Shown one piece after another: positions 51,460-59,836 of a stretch of 64,000 bases of DNA. A program made the position numbers and the translations under genes. Each line of letters starts with the position of its first letter. The stretch's first letter is position 1. Source of the stretch: a virus; the IMG/VR virus record IMGVR_UViG_3300009180_000022. One strand, given 5' to 3'. Below the pieces are notes generated by a model. That model did not search any database and had not been told where the DNA came from. It saw only the letters and a list, made by a program, of their open reading frames with translations.

Positions 51460-51623
51460 GCATTATGAAGCACATCTATTCGCTGGTCCAGGAGCAGTAT
51501 TTGGATGGTGATGACGTCGACGACATCGCCTATGAGTTAGCCGAACGCCTGGACCTTGATCCAGAAGATGCCATGTCTATAGTGCTGCGGCTGGTAGAGG
51601 AGCTGAAAGAGGAGTTGATTTAA
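51456..51623 (+). CDS. Small very acidic protein
   Basis: ATGA overlap; 55 aa, D/E-rich; stop inside next repeat. Confidence 0.6.
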   Translation: MSIMKHIYSLVQEQYLDGDDVDDIAYELAERLDLDPEDAMSIVLRLVEELKEELI

Positions 51624-51667
51624 TTACGTGATTTTCCTATAATTGGATATCAACAGGAGAACACGAT

Positions 51668-51760
51668 ATGACACTCAAAGAATTCATCCAAGGCACTGCC
51701 GTAGGCATGCTGTTTGCTAGCCCCCTAATCATCGAACTTATCAAGGATCTCTGCAAATGA
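51668..51760 (+). CDS. 30-aa hydrophobic peptide
   Basis: MTLKEFIQGTAVGMLFASPLIIELIKDLCK behind repeat RBS; ATGA overlap with next ORF. Confidence 0.55.
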   Translation: MTLKEFIQGTAVGMLFASPLIIELIKDLCK

Positions 51761-51969
51761 ACACCGTAGCTTCTTACAACGCCTTTGCCCGTATGGCCAC
51801 TTCCCTGGAAATCATGGGTTACAGGGACCACAATGCTGTGATCTCCCCGACAGACGCCGGTCGTGATGCCTTCACCTCCATGGTATATGACCTGGACTAC
51901 ATGGGTCGGATCTCCCGTGAGGTCACCGAATACGAACTCTTCAACAGCCAGGAGTGCGAATTCGGTTGA
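51757..51969 (+). CDS. Hypothetical early protein
   Basis: ATGA-coupled; stop inside next repeat. Confidence 0.6.
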   Translation: MNTVASYNAFARMATSLEIMGYRDHNAVISPTDAGRDAFTSMVYDLDYMGRISREVTEYELFNSQECEFG

Positions 51970-52018
51970 TTTAATTTCCGGTTATTACTATAATTGGATA
52001 TCAACAGGAGAACACACT

Positions 52019-52222
52019 ATGACACACTACGGAATGTTTACTGATATGGGCAACAGCTTGATAGCCCGCGTTGTTCTGACAGCACGTCAGTTTGCACTCA
52101 GCGAGGCCTCTGTACGCGCCATGCTGGAGGCGATTGCAAAGGATGAGACGTATAGTGAGGCGACTGATACCGCCGTTCGCGAAAGTGTGCTGGCCGATCT
52201 CCGCTCGCCCCGTCAACTGTAA
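52019..52222 (+). CDS. Hypothetical early protein
   Basis: Repeat RBS; YGMFT..GN, EATDTAVRE. Confidence 0.65.
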   Translation: MTHYGMFTDMGNSLIARVVLTARQFALSEASVRAMLEAIAKDETYSEATDTAVRESVLADLRSPRQL

Positions 52223-52232
52223 GGAGCAACCT

Positions 52233-52409
52233 ATGAATAACCCTATCCCTCGCTGCGGCCTGTTTGCAACCCGTACCCTGGAGGCTATACAGGCCGATAT
52301 AGAAGGCCTTCCACCTACCCAGAAGGCACTGGTATACCAGTACGTGATGGCCACACTCAATGCATGTCATGCCATGGTGAAGGAAGAGATCGCCATGGAG
52401 TTGACTTAA
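52233..52409 (+). CDS. Hypothetical early protein
   Basis: AAGGAG RBS; stop inside next repeat. Confidence 0.6.
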   Translation: MNNPIPRCGLFATRTLEAIQADIEGLPPTQKALVYQYVMATLNACHAMVKEEIAMELT

Positions 52410-52459
52410 TTACGTAATCTGGTTATAATCACTTGTGGTTGTTAAAAAGGATACACACT

Positions 52460-52822
52460 ATGACTGACACTATGACACGCCTTGAGGAACTCCAATGCAT
52501 TTTCTGGGATATGTACAAAGACGCCTACGGTGTCCGTCCCCGTGGCATTGATACGTCCACCTGGGACGAGGCTACCTTTAACGCCGAGTTTGACTACCTG
52601 GTGGACTTGATTGGCAAGAACGAGCAGGCGCGCCAGATCGCCGAGCAAGAGGCCGCCCATGCCTTTGAGATGCGTGTGCAATCCATCATGGCGTGCGGGG
52701 CCAAGGATCGTGCCATGGCCCTACGTTGGATCCATGAGGCCGAAGGCTCTGACGGTGATGACGAGTACCTGTGCTATCTGGTTGGCCTGCCCTATCGTTA
52801 CTTTGCCAAGGAGGCTGTATGA
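52460..52822 (+). CDS. Conserved hypothetical phage protein
   Basis: WDMYKDAYGVRPR, GAKDR..ALRW, GLPY.YF. Confidence 0.7.
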   Translation: MTDTMTRLEELQCIFWDMYKDAYGVRPRGIDTSTWDEATFNAEFDYLVDLIGKNEQARQIAEQEAAHAFEMRVQSIMACGAKDRAMALRWIHEAEGSDGDDEYLCYLVGLPYRYFAKEAV

Positions 52823-52992
52823 CTGATCGTACTATGCGAGTGATCCCCAGCGTGGGTGAAGCAGGCTTGGACCCAGAAGCCAGTTCGGGCAACGGGCAGT
52901 TCTATGTCCGTCTCTACGATGGATCCTACGATATGTGTGGCTATGACACCATCGAAGAAGCCTGGGAAGAACTCATTGCCATTGCAGGTTGA
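52819..52992 (+). CDS. Hypothetical early protein
   Basis: GGAGG RBS, ATGA overlap, stop inside next repeat. Confidence 0.6.
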   Translation: MTDRTMRVIPSVGEAGLDPEASSGNGQFYVRLYDGSYDMCGYDTIEEAWEELIAIAG

Positions 52993-53045
52993 TTTAATTA
53001 CGGATATTGCTTATAATTGGACATCTAATCTACTAAGGAATCACA

Positions 53046-53414
53046 ATGAACTACTTTTTTAATGATACGCCCGTTACTGAGGCCGAATACAATAAGCTTA
53101 TCACCGAGGCGGTAGAGGCGGCCGAAGTCCTGGAGCATGCTAAGGCGGCTGCATTGGCTGTTGCCAAGGCCGAAAAGGAGGCTTTGCCTAAGAAGGTGGC
53201 AAAGGCCAAGGTTGTGAAGGCTCCTAAGGGTCCTAAGAAGATGGCAACCCCTGAGGTCAAGCTTGGTTCTAAGACCGATACCGCCCGTAACCTGATGCTT
53301 GGTGTTGGTGTAGAAAACAAGGCCGCATGCATTTTGGCTATCATGGAAGGTCTGGGAGTGACTAAGGGTAACGCCTCCTGCTACTACGCCAACGTGATGA
53401 AGAAGCTGGGATGA
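53046..53414 (+). CDS. Lys/Ala/Pro-rich putative DNA-binding protein
   Basis: KKVAKAKVVKAPKGPKK linker then a helical C-terminal domain. Confidence 0.55.
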   Translation: MNYFFNDTPVTEAEYNKLITEAVEAAEVLEHAKAAALAVAKAEKEALPKKVAKAKVVKAPKGPKKMATPEVKLGSKTDTARNLMLGVGVENKAACILAIMEGLGVTKGNASCYYANVMKKLG

Positions 53415-54035
53415 TGATGACCCCTGAAGACGTCTGGGACGAACTTGTGGCCATGTTCGGTGATCGCCTGCCGGATATGGACCACGAACCCATTCGCTTT
53501 GCCTACTACGTCAAACTGTACCTATACCAAAAAGGATTGAATAATGCTAACCCGTCCTAAAGAACACGAATATGTGAGTCATGTGGCTTATACGCGTGCC
53601 TTGGAAGAATACTGTGATGCACTAGAAAAGGAGAAAACCAATGGATGAAACACCGAATGCAGCTGCATTCGCCAATGCAGGCTACGCCATCTACAACCAT
53701 CCGAAACCTGTCGGATGCTGGGTGCTATACGAACAGGCGCCTGTTAAGACGTCATTCTCCATGTACTACAAGCCCACAGACGAACAGATCAAGAACACCG
53801 AGGAACTCCTTGGATGGACCTGGAATGATGCAGAATGACCGAACCCCGCCGTATCACCAAACCCGAACGTGTCTATGAATACATGCTGACTGGGGAATGG
53901 GCATATGCCGACTTCACCCAATGGCTTGGTGAATTCGTGGAGGCCTCTCAGGACAAGGCCTATCATGCCGGCCTGCAGTGTGGTATAGAGGTCGAAAAAG
54001 AACGGGTCTCCCAGGCGAAAAAACAGTTGACTTAA
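53411..54035 (+). other. Run of four overlapping small hypothetical ORFs (53411-53560, 53544-53648, 53641-53838, 53835-54035)
   Basis: Start/stop overlaps and RBS motifs; last stop inside next repeat. Confidence 0.55.
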
Positions 54036-54081
54036 TTACGTCATTCTCCTATAATTGGATATCAACAGGAGAAAACGACTT

Positions 54082-54312
54082 ATGACTAACTTGAATACCT
54101 ACGTAGACCGCATCAACAAATTCGCCCGCATCTTTGGCAAGCGCCAGCTGTCCTTGGCCATTGCCGCCGATCGTCAGACGATTGCCGAAGGCCTGGAAGG
54201 TGATCTGAGCCCCGAAAACCTAACCTGTGACGGTGAACTGTCTGCCGCCCAGGTCCGCCAGCGTGCCAAGTTCCTCAATGCATGCGTCAAAGAACTGGCG
54301 GCTCTGAAATGA
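54082..54312 (+). CDS. Conserved hypothetical phage protein
   Basis: Repeat RBS; DLSPENLTCDGELS. Confidence 0.65.
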   Translation: MTNLNTYVDRINKFARIFGKRQLSLAIAADRQTIAEGLEGDLSPENLTCDGELSAAQVRQRAKFLNACVKELAALK

Positions 54313-55053
54313 ACAAACGAATTAAAGAACTGGCCGAACAGGCTGGAATGATTATTGTTGACGATGAGTTTTCAACTTATGGAAAGTTTGCTGAAAAGTT
54401 CTCCGAGTTAGTAGCCACACATTGTGCTAATATCTGCCTAGAAATGGCAGCAAAGTGTGCAGGACTACCAGGTGACGGTGCTCTTGCCAAAGATTGTGCC
54501 TACTGGATTCTAGAAGATTTTGGAGTAAATAAATGAACGAACGAATTAAAGAACTATACGAGCAGAGTCTCACCCACACCACCGGCAAGGACCACGCTGG
54601 CAATCCTATGCTGGTTATTAAACAGAACCCTGAAAAGTTTGCCGAGTTGATTGTTCGGGAATGTCTCGAAGAATTGCGATATACGGTTCTTGATACACAG
54701 GAATTGCGTCGGGACAAAAGCACTGATTATCAAGTGGGTTGGGAAGATGGTATGTTTGATGCCGGTGAAACGATTAAGAACATTTTTGGAGTTGAAGAAT
54801 GAATCAACATCTAATAGATAAACTGCTACACAAGGCTGGTGCTCGCTTTGGTGCCGAGGGTATTGACTATTCTGGTTTTACGTCAAGCAAGTTCGCCCGG
54901 TTGATTGTTCAGGAATGTATCACTATTGTGGACGAGCAGAAAGAATGCTTACACGAAGAACAGAAATATTGGCATGATCGAGACTATGGATATGCGTTGG
55001 CAGTGGACGATGCCAGCAAGGGTATCAAACAATTTTTCGGAGTTGAAGAATGA
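54309..55053 (+). repeat. Three tandem paralogous small CDSs (54309-54536, 54533-54802, 54799-55053)
   Basis: MN.RIKEL-like start, KF(A/S).L(I/V)..C core, FGV(EE/NK) end; ATGA overlaps. Confidence 0.8.
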
Positions 55054-55142
55054 ACTTCTTCTGGGGATTCCTAGTGGGCTACATTGTTGGGGTGCTGTAT
55101 ATGTGTTACCGGTCTAATGAAGATCAGAGAAATAACAGTTGA
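55050..55142 (+). CDS. 30-aa single-TM peptide
   Basis: MNFFWGFLVGYIVGVLYMCYRSNEDQRNNS; ATGA overlap; stop inside repeat. Confidence 0.55.
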   Translation: MNFFWGFLVGYIVGVLYMCYRSNEDQRNNS

Positions 55143-55179
55143 CTTAATTACGCCGTTTGACTATAATAGGACATACAAA

Positions 55180-55304
55180 GGAAGAACGCACATACCGCCG
55201 GTCGTATCACACTGAGTAATCGGGGTGCCGGAGATAGTCTCATGGAGACTGAAGGGATGCTAGTGTATAACCTGTGCACGGGCCGATTGCTAGAGTGTGC
55301 TTCC
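55180..55304 (+). ncRNA. Candidate structured RNA or structured leader
   Basis: Follows a repeat promoter lacking the RBS half; nested complementary segments GGAAG/CTTCC, CACACT/AGTGTG, AGTAATCGG/CCGATTGCT, GTGC/GCAC, AGTCTC/GAGACT. Confidence 0.55.
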
Positions 55305-55335
55305 TGCGTATACCTATTTTTGTTTGGAGATTGTT

Positions 55336-55716
55336 ATGAGCTATATGCGTGATTATTGTGATGTGAGTGTGCTGAAGGGCAAGACTCTGGTTTCTTGCGT
55401 GTCGATCGATGACGTGATCACATTCACGACTTCTGACGGTGATGTATACAGAATGTACCATGGGCAAGACTGCTGCGAGTCGGTGTACATCGACGACATC
55501 GTTGGCGACTTGCAAGACTTGGTTGGTTCTGAGATCCTGATGGCAGAGGAAGTGGAAGGCGAAAGCCCTGCTGAATTTGATCCTAACGATTACGAATCAT
55601 ACACATGGACGTTCTACAAGTTTGCAACGATCAAGGGATATGTGGACATCCGTTGGTGCGGCTCGTCTAATGGGTACTACTCAGAGGGCGTTGACTTTTG
55701 TAAGATAGGAGATTAA
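55336..55716 (+). CDS. Conserved hypothetical acidic phage protein
   Basis: GGAG RBS; H.QDCCE.V, TWTFY, SNGYYSE. Confidence 0.7.
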   Translation: MSYMRDYCDVSVLKGKTLVSCVSIDDVITFTTSDGDVYRMYHGQDCCESVYIDDIVGDLQDLVGSEILMAEEVEGESPAEFDPNDYESYTWTFYKFATIKGYVDIRWCGSSNGYYSEGVDFCKIGD

Positions 55717-55717
55717 T

Positions 55718-56754
55718 ATGACTGAACTAGAAATATTGCAGGCGAAAGCTAAGGCGATCCTGGAAAGCTGTGCCCATTGGAAGTCGTGTCAGGACGGCTC
55801 CTATGAAATGGCCCTTCACTATGCAGGGTATGATGCATTGTGCAAGCAGATTTGGGAACACAAGAATGAACTGTTGTGATGATTACGGTAATTGTATCCA
55901 AGGCCCCGAATGCCCTATTCGTAAAGAAAAAGTACTGACCGACCCGTTTAAAGCATACGTAGTTAGCAACGCATCTGATACTATCATTATGGATCCAATC
56001 AACCGGGCTGAAAATCTTACTTTGCTTGAGTTAGTTTATGATGCCGGTTATAATCAAGGACGTGCATCAGTGATGCAGGAACAACTTAAACTACTGGAAA
56101 CAACATGACCGGAATACCTGCTGGACTAACGTTAGATTTTGAAACTGCTGACCGAATCACTCTCTTGAACCTTAAAGAGGCGTTGGATAATCTTGAAAAA
56201 GAAGTGCATAACCATCTTGAAAACAGCAAATGGATGCATCCAGAAGATTTGCAAGAAGCAACAGCGTATCTTATTCCTGCACTAAAGAGGTTGGTTAAGT
56301 ATTATGGTGGTTCATATGAATAGCCGTATCAAAGAACTTGCTGCTAAAGCCGGATTTATTTTCTGGGAAGATGAGTCATGGAGACCTGAAGGTCAACTCA
56401 TAGACTGGTCATCAGATTATGATAGCGCATTGGAGCACTTTGCCGAGTTACTTAAGGAAGAGTATGAAGTGTGATGTATGCGGACTTGATGATAAAAATG
56501 CCAAAGACTGGTCCCACGTCTGCGCCTCTGAAATAAAAACTGATGATCGTACATTAGTTAATTTGACCGATCGGGAGCTATACGAGGCAATATTGCTTCG
56601 CGGCTCAAAGCAAATATATGATGAGTTCCTATTCCAGAAAACCAGCCTGCAAGGCCGCGGAGAGGTGCAGTTGCGGCAATGGGCTAGAGATGCACGAGAT
56701 TTCTTTTATCATGAATTTGTGCGTAAGAATGAAAACGTAAAGGATAAACTATGA
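55718..56754 (+). other. Run of small hypothetical ORFs (55718-55879, 55866-56108, 56105-56323, 56316-56474, 56464-56754)
   Basis: Overlapping starts/stops; 56316-56474 is another MN.RIKEL...FAEL paralog. Confidence 0.55.
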
Positions 56755-57182
56755 ACGAAAAACTTGATAACGAACTATGTACCAAGTATCCAAAGCTATT
56801 TGTAAACAGGCATGCAGATATGAAAGTTACGGCTATGTGCTGGGGATTCTCATGCGGGGACGGATGGTATAATATTATCAACCACCTGTGTAGCAATATT
56901 CAGCATCACCTAGATTGGGTTAATAAAAAAGAAGTAAAGGTAGCCCAGGTAGAAGTAAGTCAGGTTAAAGAAAAGTTCGGCACCCTTCGGTTTTACTATA
57001 CTGGTGGTGATGATTATATTAACGGCATGGTGGCTATGGCTGAAAGTATGAGTTCAGTGACTTGTGAAGAATGCGGTGCACCTGGTAAGACCAGTCGTAG
57101 GGGGTGGCTGGTTACGTTGTGTGATGAGCATGCAGCTGCTCGGGAAGCCTCGCTTGCTGCCCATGTTGGTACTAATGTTTAA
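56751..57182 (+). CDS. Conserved hypothetical phage protein with C-terminal zinc-binding motif
   Basis: CGDGW, QVKEKFGTLRFY, CEECG...TLC..H. Confidence 0.7.
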   Translation: MNEKLDNELCTKYPKLFVNRHADMKVTAMCWGFSCGDGWYNIINHLCSNIQHHLDWVNKKEVKVAQVEVSQVKEKFGTLRFYYTGGDDYINGMVAMAESMSSVTCEECGAPGKTSRRGWLVTLCDEHAAAREASLAAHVGTNV

Positions 57183-57201
57183 TATTAAAGAAGGAAGTGT
57201 T

Positions 57202-57825
57202 ATGCCGTATTTAATTGCGTTTGGCGGGCTTATGACCATAGTATTGATAGTAGGGTTTATTTTAGCATATCCTATCATGCTGTTATGGAACGGATGCCTA
57301 GTTCCAGCTATTCCATCCATCCAGGAAATTGGATGGCTGCAGGCCTGGGGTATTCAAGTACTTTTTTCTGTCCTGTTCAAGACAACCGTGTCCACTAAAA
57401 AGGAAGACTGAAATGACTTTAGAGGAATACGTTGCTGAATTAACTTTTGCTGTTGACGCCAGACTGGTTGAAGAAACGAAAGACTGGTCTACTGAGAATA
57501 AAATGTATGTGTACTTGCACAACATCCAACTTAGCTTTATGTCGCTGTATATGGATCGGTTACTTGAGTCACAAGTACCAATTAAAGAATGAATACTTTA
57601 ATTAAATCTATCGCACTTCAATCCGGTGCCAGTCATAAACAGAATCTGGGTGTATATCAGTTTTACGAAAGTGAACTTGAGGTGTTTGTAAAGAGTATAG
57701 TTATGGAGTGCATTCATATTAGCAACACTATTGATGCTGCTTATGGAGCACCCTCTACTACCGGGCAAATGTTAAAAACACATTTTGATATTGATAAGCT
57801 ACCCACCAGGTACATAGAACCCTAA
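57202..57825 (+). other. Three small ORFs (57202-57411 membrane protein, 57413-57592, 57589-57825)
   Basis: RBS motifs and overlaps; first has two hydrophobic segments; last resembles the MN.RIKEL family. Confidence 0.55.
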
Positions 57826-58401
57826 CCTGCCCATTCCTGTTTCATTATCATTATCAGGAATACGTACATAATTAGGAAAAGGCGGCTTTTGATCTACTGA
57901 CCATATTGGCCAAAAATCATCATGCATTATTGGATCGGGGTTAGGTCGTAAATGCACCTCAATCACCTTACCACCAATGACTTCAATGTTAATATGGTTA
58001 GCCTCTACATTCATTAAAACATCAGGTACAGGGTAATGGTAAACCACCCTTGTCCAGCGTACAAAGTGTATAAGGTCTTCATGAACATTTTTACCTTCAA
58101 AAGTTGCATCTTGATACCATACATTATCCCTTCGAATGTAGTCAATTGTAATATGTTTTCCCTCGAAAACCTCACAATAAAATAATCCCGAATTAACCTT
58201 TTCACCTTTTTCAAAATATCTTATAACCGCGTCCCTACCCATACCTTTGAGGTTTGTTATTGGTCGTACTATCCATAAACCATTTTCTGGTATTTCGGTA
58301 TCCCCGCACCTGTAACCTAACGACTTGGAAAGTCGTAATTTATCGTATAGATGGCTGTCGTCTGGAAAAGCTTCGAATGCTTGTATGTCGGTTTTTATCA
58401 T
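57799..58401 (-). CDS. ATP-grasp-like conserved phage protein
   Basis: IVRPITNL.GMG, CEVFEG.H.TID, NIEVIGGKVIEVHLR.N pattern; TATAAATA directly upstream. Confidence 0.55.
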   Translation of the reverse strand: MIKTDIQAFEAFPDDSHLYDKLRLSKSLGYRCGDTEIPENGLWIVRPITNLKGMGRDAVIRYFEKGEKVNSGLFYCEVFEGKHITIDYIRRDNVWYQDATFEGKNVHEDLIHFVRWTRVVYHYPVPDVLMNVEANHINIEVIGGKVIEVHLRPNPDPIMHDDFWPIWSVDQKPPFPNYVRIPDNDNETGMGRLGFYVPGG

Positions 58402-58406
58402 TTAAG

Positions 58407-58447
58407 TATTTATAAGTGTTGCTTTAATTTTCATTTGTGACTATAAT
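58407..58447. promoter_or_regulatory. Back-to-back promoters: late TATAAATA on - (58407-58414) and sigma70-like TTGCTT-17-TATAAT on + (58419-58447)
   Basis: Both motifs read directly in the intergenic gap. Confidence 0.75.
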
Positions 58448-58532
58448 CAATCATGAGGTAAGGAATGCTATGCCAGGATTTAACAGTAAACGCCAGATGG
58501 TGAATGATAAATTTATTGAAGGAAATACTAAT

Positions 58533-59543
58533 ATGCGTAAGTTAGCTACAATTCGAACAATCGATGAACTGCGTCCTATTGAGGGTGCGGATGCAATCGA
58601 AGCTGCCGTTGTTGGTGGCTGGACCTGTGTGGTAAAGAAGGGTGAGTATAAAGTAGGTGACCGTGCTGTATACTGCGAGATTGATTCATGGATCCCTCAT
58701 GAGCTAGCATCATTCCTATCTAAGGGAAAAGAGCCTCGCGAGTTTGAAGGCATCAAAGGCGAACGCCTACGTACGGTTAAGTTACGCGGTCAGCTGTCTC
58801 AGGGTCTGTTGCTTAACCTGGATCAAGTTATTCCTCAAACCAATTCGTTTGTCGAAGGTGAAGATGTGTCTGAGCTGCTTGGAATTATCAAGTGGGAGAA
58901 GCCAATGAATGCTCAACTGGCTGGCATGGCTAAGGGCAATTTTCCTTCACTGATTCCTAAGACTGATCAAGAACGTGTCCAGAACCTGAAGAAGGAAATT
59001 GCTGACGCTACTGGCCTTTATTTTGAGGTATCAGAGAAGCTGGAAGGCTCTTCAATGACTGTATACCAGATCAAAGGTGAGTTTGGTGTTTGTTCTCGCA
59101 ACCTTGACCTTAAGGAAACAGAAGGCAATGCATTCTGGGCTACTGCCCGCCGCGATGATATTGAGGCAAAGATGAAGGTTGTAAATGAGCACTGGGACTT
59201 TGCAATTCAGGGTGAGTTGATTGGACCTGGAATTCAGGGCAATATTTACAAACTATCTCAGCCTATGTTCTGTGTATTTGATGTGTATGACATTCAAGAT
59301 GGATCTTACCTGGATCCAGATACTCGTCGTGCTTTGATTGCAAAAATGGATCTGAACCACGTACCTGTGCTTTTGATTGATAAAGACCTTGTAGTGGGTT
59401 CTGTTGAAGAAATTTTGCAGTGGGCCGAAGGTGCATCAAAACTAAACGAAAAGCAAGAGCGTGAAGGTATTGTGTTCAAAGAAGCTAACGGTGGAATGTC
59501 TTTCAAGGCAATCTCTAACAAGTATCTACTAGGAGAAAAATAA
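58533..59543 (+). CDS. RNA ligase (DRB0094/Rnl2-like family); alternative in-frame start at 58470
   Basis: MRKLATI, IEGADAIE, LRGQLSQGL, EKLEGSS motif I, QGELIG, FDVY, EGIV, FKAISN. Confidence 0.88.
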   Translation: MRKLATIRTIDELRPIEGADAIEAAVVGGWTCVVKKGEYKVGDRAVYCEIDSWIPHELASFLSKGKEPREFEGIKGERLRTVKLRGQLSQGLLLNLDQVIPQTNSFVEGEDVSELLGIIKWEKPMNAQLAGMAKGNFPSLIPKTDQERVQNLKKEIADATGLYFEVSEKLEGSSMTVYQIKGEFGVCSRNLDLKETEGNAFWATARRDDIEAKMKVVNEHWDFAIQGELIGPGIQGNIYKLSQPMFCVFDVYDIQDGSYLDPDTRRALIAKMDLNHVPVLLIDKDLVVGSVEEILQWAEGASKLNEKQEREGIVFKEANGGMSFKAISNKYLLGEK

Positions 59544-59833
59544 TGAATATTTCAAAGATTAAAACTAACGTGCGTGTATCAAGCATTGTTGCAATCGACC
59601 TGTCTGCCGATGAGTGGGGGCTGGATACTAAGCACACGCCTCGTGCAGTTATTGACAAGGTTGCAACCTTTCTAAACAAAAGGTTCAATCGTGGGTATAA
59701 CATTGGACTAACCGTATGTGAACTTGTGAGTTCCATGCATGAGCTAATGGATAGCTTTAAGATCTACGGTGCAAACCACCCTGAGCCTAACGAGGTGTTA
59801 AAGAACTTAATGTATAGCGTGTATAGAAAGTAA
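59543..59833 (+). CDS. Hypothetical protein
   Basis: AGGAG RBS, 96 aa. Confidence 0.6.
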   Translation: MNISKIKTNVRVSSIVAIDLSADEWGLDTKHTPRAVIDKVATFLNKRFNRGYNIGLTVCELVSSMHELMDSFKIYGANHPEPNEVLKNLMYSVYRK

Positions 59834-59836
59834 TCT

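Larger units (their letters stand above)
48975..55170 (+). repeat. Dispersed family of 11 promoter/RBS repeats (-35 boxes at 48976, 49298, 50230, 50891, 51174, 51615, 51966, 52401, 52989, 54027, 55139)
   Basis: Consensus GT(T/G)GA(C/T)TTAATTAC-n-TATAAT, extended in most copies by TGGATATCAACAGGAGAA..ATG; every copy has a 17-bp -35/-10 spacer. Confidence 0.93.

Noticed and set aside
48975-55170. Repeats as a CRISPR array
   Set aside because: Intervals are 280-1100 bp and contain genes; repeats are promoters; no cas genes
48975-55170. Repeats as integron attC sites
   Set aside because: Polarity is GTT...AAC rather than RYYYAAC...GTTRRRY, each carries a promoter, and no tyrosine recombinase is in the window
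55180-55304. tRNA, TPP/glycine riboswitch or hairpin ribozyme identity for the structured segment
   Set aside because: Only fragmentary resemblance (GGGGTGC, CTGAAGG, AACCTG); no T-loop/cloverleaf and required core motifs are missing
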